64,000 bases of DNA from Candidatus Margulisiibacteriota bacterium (GTDB lineage: Bacteria > Margulisbacteria > WOR-1 > O2-12-FULL-45-9 > XYB2-FULL-48-7), in NCBI GenBank assembly GCA_018822365.1, contig JAHJKL010000070.1, forward strand, positions 1,941 to 65,940. The letters run 5' to 3'. Shown one piece after another: positions 9,381-17,753 of the stretch (position 1 is its first letter; every line of letters begins with the position of its first letter). A program made the position numbers and the translations under genes. The notes under the pieces are model-generated. The model saw only the letters and a program-made list of their open reading frames with translations, did not search any database and was not told the origin of the DNA.

Positions 9381-11723
9381 ATGTCTAAGTACGGTCATTT
9401 CGACAAAAAGAATAAAGAGTTTGTGATCACCCGCCCCGACACCCCGCTCCCCTGGATCAATTATTTAGGAGCCGACGAATATTGCGCCCTGATGTCAAAC
9501 ACTGCGGGAGGCTACAGTTTTCATAAAGACCCGAAAGAGCGGCGGCTGACCCGCTACCGCTACAATAACGTCCCAATGGACCGCGGTGGTCGTTATATTT
9601 ACATTCGCGACAACAAAACCGAAAAGTTTTTCTCCCCCTCCTGGCAGCCGACCATGAAACTCGACAAATACGAATGCCGCCACGGGATCGGCTACACTGT
9701 CATTAACTCTGAGTACGCCGGGGTCAAGACCAAGACAACCTATTTTGTCCCGCTTGGTGAAAACCTGGAGATCTGGATGCTCGAGATCAGCTCCAATAAA
9801 GATCGCGATCTCTCGGTCTTCCCGTTTGTTGAGTTCTGTCTCTGGGATGCCTTAAACGACATGACCGACTATCAATACAACCTGAATATCGGCCAGACCG
9901 AATACAAAGACGGGATCATCTATCACCTCTCCCGCCACCGGGTCAATCCTGATCTCGTCGGTTTCCTCGCCTGCGCCAACGCTCTGCCAAAAGGTTTTGA
10001 CACCCAGCGCCGCGACTTTATGGGAACTTACGGCGATTTCTCCGCCCCGCGCGGGGTCGTCGAGGGAAAGATGAAAAACTCGATCGCCTGCGGCTGGTCG
10101 CCGGTCGGCGCGCTTAAGATCCCGGTCAAGCTGAAAAAAGGGGAAACAAAAACCCTGATCTTTGTCCTCGGCTTTGAAGACAATCTCGAAGGTCCGGCAA
10201 AGAAAGTGAAACAGTTCAGCAAGAAAGAAGTCATTGAAAAAGAGCTCAAGAAGCTGGCCGAATACTGGGAAGGGAACCTCAATAAGTTTGCCGTCGAAAC
10301 CCCTGATGAAGAACTGAACCTGATGGCCAACGTCTGGAACCAGTACCAGTGCCGGACCACCTTTAATTGGTCCCGCTCCGCTTCTTATTATGAATCAGGG
10401 ATCGGCCGCGGCATGGGGTTCCGCGACTCCAACCAGGACACCCTCGGTTTCGTTCACATGATCCCGGGTAAAGTTAAAGAACGGATCAAAGACCTGGCCG
10501 CCACCCAGCTAAAAGATGGGAGCGCCTACCACCAATATTCACCGCTCTACAAGAAGGCCAATCCTTCCGACCACAAATACGGCGACGACCACCTCTGGCT
10601 GATCTTTTCAACCGCCGGTTATGTTAAAGAGAGCGGCGATCTTAACTTCCTCAAAGAAGAAGTGACCTTCGCGGGCGAAGATTCCGGGACAATGTACGAA
10701 CATCTCGCCCGGGCGATAGGCTTCTCGACCTCCAACATCGGCGAGCACGGGATACCGCGGATCCTTTTTGCCGACTGGAACGACTGCCTCAACCTGGACC
10801 AGGGAAAAGGAAAAGCGGAATCGGTCATGGTGGCACAGATGCTGGTTGGGGCCGCGTATGAAATGGCCAAGCTAGCCGAACTCCTCGGTAAAAAAGAAGA
10901 CGTCAAAAAATACACGACTATTGCCGATGAGATGAAAGCGGTGATCAACGAAAGGTGCTGGGATGGCCAATGGTACACCCGCGCTTATACCGATGAGCTG
11001 GAACCTGTTGGCTCCAAGAGCTGCAAGGAAGGGAAGATCTATCTGGAAAGCCAGGCCTGGGCGGTCCTCTCGGGCACTGCCGATGAAGAACGGGCCAAGC
11101 AGTGCATGGATTCAGTAAAGAAAAACCTCTCGACCGAACACGGGATCATGGTCATGACCCCGCCTTACTCCAAGTTTTACTGGCAGCTTGGTTCGATCGG
11201 CGTTTATCCGCCGGGACTCAAGGAGAACGGCGCGATCTTCTGCCACCCTAACCCGTGGGCAATGATCGCCGAGTGCCTGATCGGCCGCGGCGACCAGGCT
11301 TACGCTTATTACCGGGCGATCCTCCCTTCGGCCCGCCTCAAGATCGCCGACCTGCACAAGACCGAACCGTACGTCTACTGCCAGATGATCGCCGGCCGCG
11401 ACCACAAGGATTTTGGCGAAGGGAAAAACTCCTGGCTGACCGGCTCCGCCTGCTGGAACTTTGTCGCCATGTCGCAATATATCATCGGGGTCCGCGCTGA
11501 CTATAAAGGGTTGATGATCGACCCGTGCATTCCCAAGGCTTGGAAAAGCTTTACCGCCCACCGGGAATTCCGCGGAGCGATTTACAATATCTCAGTTAAA
11601 AATCCTAACGGGGTCAGCAAAGGGATCAAACAAATCTCGATAGACGGCAAAGAATTAAAATCCAATGTTTTGCCGGTCGGCAAAGCGGGACAAGAATATA
11701 ACATTGAAGTTGTAATGGGGTAG
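9381..11723 (+). CDS. GH94 disaccharide phosphorylase (cellobiose/laminaribiose phosphorylase family)
   Basis: The N-terminus 'FDKKNKEFVITRPDTPLPWINYLG...NTAGGYSF' is a classic GH94 start. The motifs 'GFRDSNQDTLG' and 'ADWNDCLN' are present, and there is an RBS AGGAA upstream. Confidence 0.8.
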   Translation: MSKYGHFDKKNKEFVITRPDTPLPWINYLGADEYCALMSNTAGGYSFHKDPKERRLTRYRYNNVPMDRGGRYIYIRDNKTEKFFSPSWQPTMKLDKYECRHGIGYTVINSEYAGVKTKTTYFVPLGENLEIWMLEISSNKDRDLSVFPFVEFCLWDALNDMTDYQYNLNIGQTEYKDGIIYHLSRHRVNPDLVGFLACANALPKGFDTQRRDFMGTYGDFSAPRGVVEGKMKNSIACGWSPVGALKIPVKLKKGETKTLIFVLGFEDNLEGPAKKVKQFSKKEVIEKELKKLAEYWEGNLNKFAVETPDEELNLMANVWNQYQCRTTFNWSRSASYYESGIGRGMGFRDSNQDTLGFVHMIPGKVKERIKDLAATQLKDGSAYHQYSPLYKKANPSDHKYGDDHLWLIFSTAGYVKESGDLNFLKEEVTFAGEDSGTMYEHLARAIGFSTSNIGEHGIPRILFADWNDCLNLDQGKGKAESVMVAQMLVGAAYEMAKLAELLGKKEDVKKYTTIADEMKAVINERCWDGQWYTRAYTDELEPVGSKSCKEGKIYLESQAWAVLSGTADEERAKQCMDSVKKNLSTEHGIMVMTPPYSKFYWQLGSIGVYPPGLKENGAIFCHPNPWAMIAECLIGRGDQAYAYYRAILPSARLKIADLHKTEPYVYCQMIAGRDHKDFGEGKNSWLTGSACWNFVAMSQYIIGVRADYKGLMIDPCIPKAWKSFTAHREFRGAIYNISVKNPNGVSKGIKQISIDGKELKSNVLPVGKAGQEYNIEVVMG

Positions 11724-11744
11724 CGACTGCCCGACAATTTAAAC

Positions 11745-11766
11745 AGGAAATCGATTTCCTATTTTA
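11745..11766. terminator. Bidirectional hairpin terminator between convergent genes
   Basis: A perfect 16-bp palindrome AGGAAATCGATTTCCT is followed by ATTTTAT, lying between the GH94 stop (11723) and the stop of the minus-strand gene (11759). Confidence 0.4.
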
Positions 11767-12310
11767 TGGCAACTACCTTCGTCTTGGCGATCGTTCGACC
11801 GTCAACCACGACCCTGACAAAGTAGACCCCGTTGTCTACGGCTTCGCCAAAGACAGATCTGCCGTCCCAGACGACCCGGCTATAGCCGTCACTGCCGCGA
11901 TTGGCGCTGGTATCCGAGATCAGCCTGATCAAACTCCCCGACAGATCAAAAATATAGGCTTTTACCGGGGCATCGGTCGCATATTTATAGGCAATGGTCA
12001 CCGGCTGGCTTTCCGGAATAAATGGGTTGGGGTAAACCAGGGTCTCTCCTTCGCCGCTCGGGATTATCGCGACTGCTCCTCCCGCTTGGGGAAAAAGCGG
12101 CGTATAGACCATTGACGCCAATCCGACGCTTCCTCCGTAGCTGCCGCTGCAGATCAATCCGGCGATGCTTTCCCCCGCTACTCCATAATTAATAAAATTT
12201 GTTCCGGTAGAAGTGGCCGGACCCATGGTTAACGCCTCCGGGCTGGTGCTATAAGCAAACCCGGGGGATAAAAACAAAACCAGGCACACAATGACCAGGA
12301 GTAATCTCAT
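11759..12310 (-). CDS. Secreted protein with FlgD-Ig-like / T9SS-type C-terminal sorting domain
   Basis: There is an N-terminal signal peptide (MRLLLVIVCLVLFLSPGFA). The C-terminal 'YPNPF...YIFDLSG...WDG...NGVYFVRV...K' pattern matches Por_Secre_tail / FlgD Ig-like domains. Confidence 0.55.
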   Translation of the reverse strand: MRLLLVIVCLVLFLSPGFAYSTSPEALTMGPATSTGTNFINYGVAGESIAGLICSGSYGGSVGLASMVYTPLFPQAGGAVAIIPSGEGETLVYPNPFIPESQPVTIAYKYATDAPVKAYIFDLSGSLIRLISDTSANRGSDGYSRVVWDGRSVFGEAVDNGVYFVRVVVDGRTIAKTKVVAIK

Positions 12311-12379
12311 ATTTAAATCCTATAGTTTTTCACCCGGGGTGTCAAGAAATGCTATAATTACCAAGCAAGAGGTGGTTTT
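12311..12379. promoter_or_regulatory. Divergent promoter region
   Basis: Plus strand: extended -10 TGcTATAAT at 12350-12358, then RBS AGAGGTGG before the ATG at 12380. Minus strand: -35 TTGACA (plus 12340-12345) with a weak -10. Confidence 0.35.
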
Positions 12380-13273
12380 ATGAAAACGATTAATTGCGCG
12401 GTTACGTTGCTATTGTTTTTTTGCTTGGCCGTTCCCGCGCTGGCCGTGCCGCAATATTTAAATTATCAGGGGGTCTTGCGTGACGACCAGGGACGCCTGG
12501 TTGCCGGGACCAAGTCGCTGACCTTTAAGCTCTATGATGTTTCAACATCCGGGACCTCTCTCTGGGAAATGACCTCCCCCGAAGTCGCGGTCAATAACGG
12601 CCTCTATAATGTTCAGCTTGGCCCACTTGGTTACGCCGAGCTTGCCTCCGGCCGCCGCTGGCTCGAAATTGCCATTGGGACAGAAACTCTTTCTCCCCGG
12701 CTCGAGATCCTCTCCGTCGCCTACGCGGTAACGGCGGGCCAGGCCGAATCGGCGACCACTCTTGGGGGATACTCTCCAGCCATAACCGGGAGCGGGAGCT
12801 TTATTCCGGTCACAACTAGCGGAAAACTTGATGCGTCAGTCATTCCAACTTCCAGCGGCGGAAATGCCGATACGGTCGACAGCTTTCACGCCAACTCAAC
12901 CGCTACCGCCGGGCAGATCTTGCCCCTTGACAGCAATAAACAGCTCAAAGGGATGTCGGTTTCAGCGGAGGCTAGCGGGAACAATTACGCTTTGTTTGTT
13001 AATGGAGGGAAATTTGGGGTTAAAACCGGATCGAACATGAGCGTGGGGACCGGAACGATTACAACAGCTAGCGGGGTCTCCTTTGTCGATGTTACCAACA
13101 CAAGTATTACACCAAATAGTTTAGTGTTTCTAACAGTTGGATCTGCTGGCGCAAACAGTCATGGGGGAATAAAAGTTACAACCATTACTAATGGAGTAAA
13201 GTTTAGAGTTGCTACAATGGACAGTAGCCCTGCAACCGTTGATATCCCTTTTAATTATCTAGTTATTAATTAA
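12380..13273 (+). CDS. Secreted beta-rich protein with N-terminal 'INYQG' motif (tail-fibre-like module)
   Basis: There is a signal peptide. The stretch 'VPQYLNYQGVLRDDQGRLVAGTKSLTFKLYDVSTSGTSLWEMTSPEVAVNNGLYNVQLG' is a motif recurrent in large secreted proteins of uncultivated bacteria. The rest is Ser/Thr/Gly-rich. Confidence 0.5.
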   Translation: MKTINCAVTLLLFFCLAVPALAVPQYLNYQGVLRDDQGRLVAGTKSLTFKLYDVSTSGTSLWEMTSPEVAVNNGLYNVQLGPLGYAELASGRRWLEIAIGTETLSPRLEILSVAYAVTAGQAESATTLGGYSPAITGSGSFIPVTTSGKLDASVIPTSSGGNADTVDSFHANSTATAGQILPLDSNKQLKGMSVSAEASGNNYALFVNGGKFGVKTGSNMSVGTGTITTASGVSFVDVTNTSITPNSLVFLTVGSAGANSHGGIKVTTITNGVKFRVATMDSSPATVDIPFNYLVIN

Positions 13274-14241
13274 TAGGAACAAGTATTAATCGAGAAGTCT
13301 AGCAATTGAGGTGTGTCAACTACATTTGGCGATGTAAAAACAAATCTAACGTTTGCACATTGTTTATCAAATCCGTTATCAGTTTGAATTAAATCTCCAT
13401 TTAATGGCAACCAGGCGGACCAATTTGATCCGCAGTCTCCATTTTGAGTTTCAACATAAATATTTGTCCCATTTTGGCTCAAAATATTCATAACAACATT
13501 GGCTCCGTTTCCAAGATTATTTGGCAATGGAACGTTAATTGCTACTAGATATGAACCATATGTCTGCCCATTTAATATTAATGCGCCAGCAACTGAAAAA
13601 GGGTCTAAACTCCCAGATGGATCAACAGTCCCTATGATCCAGTTGTCTGTCTCAGAATAATTCTGTGGCGCGCAAACCGGCCCATCGGCTACGTCCGCTT
13701 CTGCCTCAACAACATCCTGAATCACATCTTCGGTAATGTCCGGAATTATATCCTGCGCGATATCCTCAATAACATCGGGGATAATATCCGGTTTAATATC
13801 TTCCGCAACATCCTGGACCACATCTTCGGTAATGTCCGGGATAACATCAAGTAACGTGTCCAGAGGGGAATCTTGTTCCACGTCAGGTAATACATCCGGC
13901 AAGACATCAGGGGTGTCGTTGTCCACATCAATAATAGTATCCAGCGCGACATCGGCTAAAGCGTCGGCCTCTTTCCCCCCGTCTAAGACATCTTCAACCG
14001 TATCGGTTAAAACATCTTTACCGTCAACGTCGGTCAATGAGGCATCGGTTAATGTTTGCTCTTTTCCCGGCGCGAGCATCTCCGCGGCAAAAGAACAACC
14101 GATTGCCAGATGAGCGGCGGTTGCCATCGCCGCTAAGCCTGACAATTGGCCAAGCTTGGCGGCCCGTATATTTGGGGTTGCTTTTGGCATCGATGTTTGT
14201 GGACGAATCCTGGAAACCATTACCGACAATCTACTGATCAT
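13270..14241 (-). CDS. Secreted (lipo)protein with acidic 8-aa tandem repeats and a Cys-containing C-terminal domain
   Basis: The ATG at 14241 is preceded by a GGAGGG RBS, and the signal peptide ends in a lipobox-like AIGC. About 15 repeats of the type 'PDI(T/I)EDV(V/I)Q' occupy residues ~60-190. The ORF-track TTG at 14253 is less likely to be the start. Confidence 0.55.
   Translation of the reverse strand: MISRLSVMVSRIRPQTSMPKATPNIRAAKLGQLSGLAAMATAAHLAIGCSFAAEMLAPGKEQTLTDASLTDVDGKDVLTDTVEDVLDGGKEADALADVALDTIIDVDNDTPDVLPDVLPDVEQDSPLDTLLDVIPDITEDVVQDVAEDIKPDIIPDVIEDIAQDIIPDITEDVIQDVVEAEADVADGPVCAPQNYSETDNWIIGTVDPSGSLDPFSVAGALILNGQTYGSYLVAINVPLPNNLGNGANVVMNILSQNGTNIYVETQNGDCGSNWSAWLPLNGDLIQTDNGFDKQCANVRFVFTSPNVVDTPQLLDFSINTCSY
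13690..13900 (-). repeat. In-frame 24-nt tandem repeat array (encodes the D/I/V-rich octapeptide repeats)
   Basis: A visible 24-nt periodicity (e.g. ggtaatgtccgggataacatc / ggtaatgtccggaattatatc variants) encodes 'DITEDVVQ/DVAEDIKP/DIIPDVIE...'. Confidence 0.6.
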
Positions 14242-15547
14242 TTTTCCCTCCAATATTCACCATTGACAGCGAAAAGTTGGTCTGGCCAAATTGCAATAAG
14301 TGGTTCCGCCTGATCTGCCTTAGCTCGTCAACAAAGACCCGGGCCGAAGGATGGCGGTTCTCAGCTTTTTTTTGAAATGCCTTGGTAAAAAAATCCGACA
14401 GCGGTTCGCCCAGAAAGGCAAAATCAGGAAGCGGGATGTTCTCGTCCATTACCCGCCGGCCGTAGGCCGAGGCATCATCGGTCGGCTTGATCGGATAAGG
14501 GGCTCGTCCCGTGATCAGCTCAAAAACAATGACCGCCAGGGCGTAATAATCGGCCCGCCAATCTGCCTCTTCCCCCCGCCAGACTTCCGGCGACATATAA
14601 AGAGGGGTACCAAATACTCCTTGTTTATAAGCTTGAGTAAGCTTGAGCGATTTTTTCCCCAGATCACGCCTAACATATTTGGCCAAACCCCAGTCACCGA
14701 TCTTGAAGCGATCGCGATCTTCCCCTTCGGTCCGGTAGACAAAAATGTTGTCAGGTTTAAGGTCGCGGTGGACTATCCCCTCCCTATGGACCGACAGCAA
14801 AGTCTCGCCGATCGAGATCGCCAGGTCCAGAACATAATCAACCGGGAAATGGTTGACCCCTTCCTGCTGTTGTTTTTTTTCAACAATGTTTTCCAACGTT
14901 CCTGAAGGCATAAATTCCATGGTAATGTATGGGATCGAACCATTAAAACTATGCAGTGGCCTGCCAGTGAGGGCGGTAAAGGTCTTCGGGCTAAGCCGAC
15001 CCAGGTCATAAAGATGGACCACCCCTTCGATCACCAGTCTCGCCTGGTTTCTCGCTTCCGCGCTTTCAAACCGGGCGATCGTCGCCGGGTCATTGAGCGA
15101 CCCTTCAAGCGGTATTTTTAACACGACATCCAGGTCAAGGCGCCGGTCATAGGCTAATATTGTTGACGCCATCCCTCCCTGGCCTAACGGTCTTTTGACC
15201 TCATAACGCTCCATAAATGACTGGTGAAGGTGGTCTTCTTTCATCGCCTGGAGAGCTGTCATTTCACCTTTTTGCAATTCCAGCTCTGCCGCATTGCCGG
15301 CTAACGTCAGTCGATCAGAAACCAAGACCTTATGCGCGCCATAACCCAACACCGCGCTCGCCAATGCCGCGACCAGGTGCGACCACGGCTTATAGAGCGG
15401 GTCGTTAAAAGAAGCTCTGACGCTCCCGTAGGCCCCGCCAACCGCACAAGCCGCGATCAATGCCCCCCTGGCTACATTGGAAGCAACTCGATGCCGGTTG
15501 GCCAACCCATCAACTCGAGCCAGCTGTTTAGTGATCGAACTGACCAT
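14231..15547 (-). CDS. Hanks-type Ser/Thr protein kinase, N-terminally membrane-anchored
   Basis: Kinase motifs are GQGGMASTI (Gly-rich loop), VVLKIP, HRDLKPDNIF, IGDWGLA and GTPLYMSPE. Two hydrophobic segments lie at the N-terminus. The start ATG overlaps the upstream stop (TAATG). Confidence 0.8.
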   Translation of the reverse strand: MVSSITKQLARVDGLANRHRVASNVARGALIAACAVGGAYGSVRASFNDPLYKPWSHLVAALASAVLGYGAHKVLVSDRLTLAGNAAELELQKGEMTALQAMKEDHLHQSFMERYEVKRPLGQGGMASTILAYDRRLDLDVVLKIPLEGSLNDPATIARFESAEARNQARLVIEGVVHLYDLGRLSPKTFTALTGRPLHSFNGSIPYITMEFMPSGTLENIVEKKQQQEGVNHFPVDYVLDLAISIGETLLSVHREGIVHRDLKPDNIFVYRTEGEDRDRFKIGDWGLAKYVRRDLGKKSLKLTQAYKQGVFGTPLYMSPEVWRGEEADWRADYYALAVIVFELITGRAPYPIKPTDDASAYGRRVMDENIPLPDFAFLGEPLSDFFTKAFQKKAENRHPSARVFVDELRQIRRNHLLQFGQTNFSLSMVNIGGKNDQ

Positions 15548-17079
15548 TAAAAAGCCCCCCGATATGTATCAATAGAAGACGCATTAATAGGAAGAAGTAT
15601 TGGCTGGAGGCTTCCATAGCCAAACATAACTAACGCAGAAATTGGGGTAATTGAACCGGCTTCATCCTTGATTCGAGACCCGCCAATTTCTGATTGGAGG
15701 TAGATCTGCCCAAATTTTATCCGACCTTGCAGGCCGGCATTGATCTGCTGATGGTTCTCCCTGCTAATTAGCCTGAAACTTGGCCCTGCCGCCAAATCGC
15801 CGCCAACAAAGGCAGCAGCCCGTGCCTGGCTTCCTCTTTGACTGTCATAATCAAAGCGGGCCGCGGCGTCAAGTTGTTCGCTAAGCCAGGCCAGTCCGGC
15901 ATAACCTCCCGCCCCAAATCCGCCAAGCTGACGGTCGCTTCCGGCTAATCCCCCGGCAAAGATATTGATCTGCTCACTAAGATGAAGCGAAAGTCCTGCA
16001 TCCCCAAATACCACTGTTTGCGGCTCTCCCCCGCTTTGCCCGATAAAAAACGAGTCGCCAAAATTAAGAGCGACCGTTTTTAAGAGCGGCAGGGTTGCCC
16101 GTCCATTTTGTCCAAAGCCAACCATGCTGGGAAGGAGTCGTCTTGAATTTTCGTCAAGCGTGGTAGCGCGAAATCTCTCTCCGCTAACCTGCAAATGAGC
16201 GGTTAACCCGGCCGATCTTAATTGCGCGGTCCCGCGCAAAGAATCTTCACCCGACCGGGATTCAGTAAAGCCTGGAGCAAGGACCAGTCCGCCGCGATAA
16301 TCAAGTTGCGTTCGCCAGGCATCGCTTCGAATAAATTGCCAGGAACCTCCGCCTATAGCAGCCAGCCCGCCAGCCTCACTAGTTACGTATCCTCCGCCAA
16401 AAACTAAACGATAATTTGTTCCAACTGAACCAGGTTTTGGCAAAGGAGCGGATCTGGTTGGTGCGGGCCTTACCTCGCTCCTTGTTTCAGCGACCGAAAT
16501 TGCGCCGCAGATCGAGGTTATTTTTGAGTTTATCCCATCAATCGAGATCGTTTCCCGGTTCAATCTGTTGTTAACCGGTAAACGGCTATTAAGTTGCACC
16601 AATAGGTCGCGAAGTGATGGAAGATACGCCAACGCCAATCCTCTTAAGCGGGTATTATCCCGGGAAAGAGCAAATTCCAGGTTTTGGGTCGCTTGTGATA
16701 GCTGCCCGCGCAGCGCCTGGTATCTCTGTTTGGCTTCCTGGATCTTATTGATGGCTACGTTTAAATTGCTAACATCTTCTTTTAAAACGTCCATCTTGTT
16801 TCGCCTGGAAATTTCGGCGATCATGTCATTTAATACTTTAAGCCTCTTTTCAAATGGATCGGTTTCCGTTGTTGATCTGGCCAGATCAATAAATATCCGG
16901 CTGGTTTCGTCGGTAAATACCAGCCCGCCGATCCCGTTGTTCAACTCCCCAACCACCTGTGCCATTGATTGAACCGCTCTCATCTCAACCAACACATTTA
17001 GTGTATCGGTGTTTTCTTTCGCTTTGGCCGGATCGATCGCCCGTCCTCTTTCAACCGTACAAATCGCGTTTATATCCAT
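15547..17079 (-). CDS. Coiled-coil plus Gly-rich beta-domain protein (no signal peptide seen)
   Basis: The ATG at 17079 is preceded by RBS AGGAG. The ORF-track start at 17169 would overlap the upstream gene. The N-terminal ~230 aa are heptad-rich, the C-terminal half is Gly/Ala/Ser-rich beta-like, and the protein ends in ...YRGAF. Confidence 0.5.
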   Translation of the reverse strand: MDINAICTVERGRAIDPAKAKENTDTLNVLVEMRAVQSMAQVVGELNNGIGGLVFTDETSRIFIDLARSTTETDPFEKRLKVLNDMIAEISRRNKMDVLKEDVSNLNVAINKIQEAKQRYQALRGQLSQATQNLEFALSRDNTRLRGLALAYLPSLRDLLVQLNSRLPVNNRLNRETISIDGINSKITSICGAISVAETRSEVRPAPTRSAPLPKPGSVGTNYRLVFGGGYVTSEAGGLAAIGGGSWQFIRSDAWRTQLDYRGGLVLAPGFTESRSGEDSLRGTAQLRSAGLTAHLQVSGERFRATTLDENSRRLLPSMVGFGQNGRATLPLLKTVALNFGDSFFIGQSGGEPQTVVFGDAGLSLHLSEQINIFAGGLAGSDRQLGGFGAGGYAGLAWLSEQLDAAARFDYDSQRGSQARAAAFVGGDLAAGPSFRLISRENHQQINAGLQGRIKFGQIYLQSEIGGSRIKDEAGSITPISALVMFGYGSLQPILLPINASSIDTYRGAF

Positions 17080-17089
17080 CTTTTTCTCC

Positions 17090-17653
17090 TCAATTGTCCT
17101 GGCACTTGCCGCCAACCACGATCTGGCCCAATGGACACCTGATCTCCTTTGGCGGCGTCTTGCTTCCATTTGTTGAAGGTGTTGACTTGACCGGCGGTGG
17201 AATGATCGATGGCGGGGAACTGGCCAACGGGGGAATAAAGCTTGCTATAGCCGGGGGAACCAGGCTCGCGCTCGGCGGAGCAGTCACAGTCGGGACCACT
17301 GTTGGGTTAATTTCTACAGGCGGACACACGGGAAGGTTTGGGGCATCAACTACAATGATCCCGGTCATTTCCTGAATACCATTCGCCCAGGCTCCACCCA
17401 GCCTTGACTCATTCTTTTTCAGATCAAGGACGGTTTTTATCCCCACCGATTCCAGGGCGGTCTTCATCGCTGGGGCTTGATCATCGTTTGGATGTCCGCA
17501 GTAATTTCGGATCAAGTAGTAGCTAACATGATCAAGCGAAGAAGTTTGATCAAGCGGGATAGTCACCCTCTCTTTTTTTGGCGCACCGCAGGCAACCGCC
17601 GCAGTTAAAGCCAAGGCAGGCATAATATTTCGAAAAGTTCGTGTTATCCTCAT
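17090..17653 (-). CDS. Lipoprotein with Pro-rich linker
   Basis: The ATG at 17653 gives 'MRITRTFRNIMPALALTAAVACG', a signal peptide with a lipobox-like Cys. A central PPxIPP-rich linker and a C-terminal CPLGQIVVGGKC follow. The stop sits within the RBS of the next gene. Confidence 0.5.
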   Translation of the reverse strand: MRITRTFRNIMPALALTAAVACGAPKKERVTIPLDQTSSLDHVSYYLIRNYCGHPNDDQAPAMKTALESVGIKTVLDLKKNESRLGGAWANGIQEMTGIIVVDAPNLPVCPPVEINPTVVPTVTAPPSASLVPPAIASFIPPLASSPPSIIPPPVKSTPSTNGSKTPPKEIRCPLGQIVVGGKCQDN

Positions 17654-17696
17654 ACACCACAATTTCGTTACAATTTAGGGAGAATTTCACTTAAAC

Positions 17697-17728
17697 AAAA
17701 AAATAACCGCGGTGATGGCCGCGGTTAT
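17697..17728 (-). terminator. Rho-independent terminator
   Basis: On the minus strand, AACCGCGGccatcaCCGCGGTT forms an 8-bp perfect stem followed by ATTTTTTTT. It lies directly downstream of the gene at 17754-18593. Confidence 0.65.
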
Positions 17729-17753
17729 TAGTCAAGGTCAGCCTAATTAAAGC

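Noticed and set aside
15547-17169. The coiled-coil protein as an outer-membrane beta-barrel with a periplasmic coiled coil (C-terminal ...YRGAF resembles an OMP beta-signal)
   Set aside because: No signal peptide is present at either candidate start (MEARRR... or MDINAIC...). The -3 position of the putative beta-signal is Gly. It is reported only as a coiled-coil plus Gly-rich protein.
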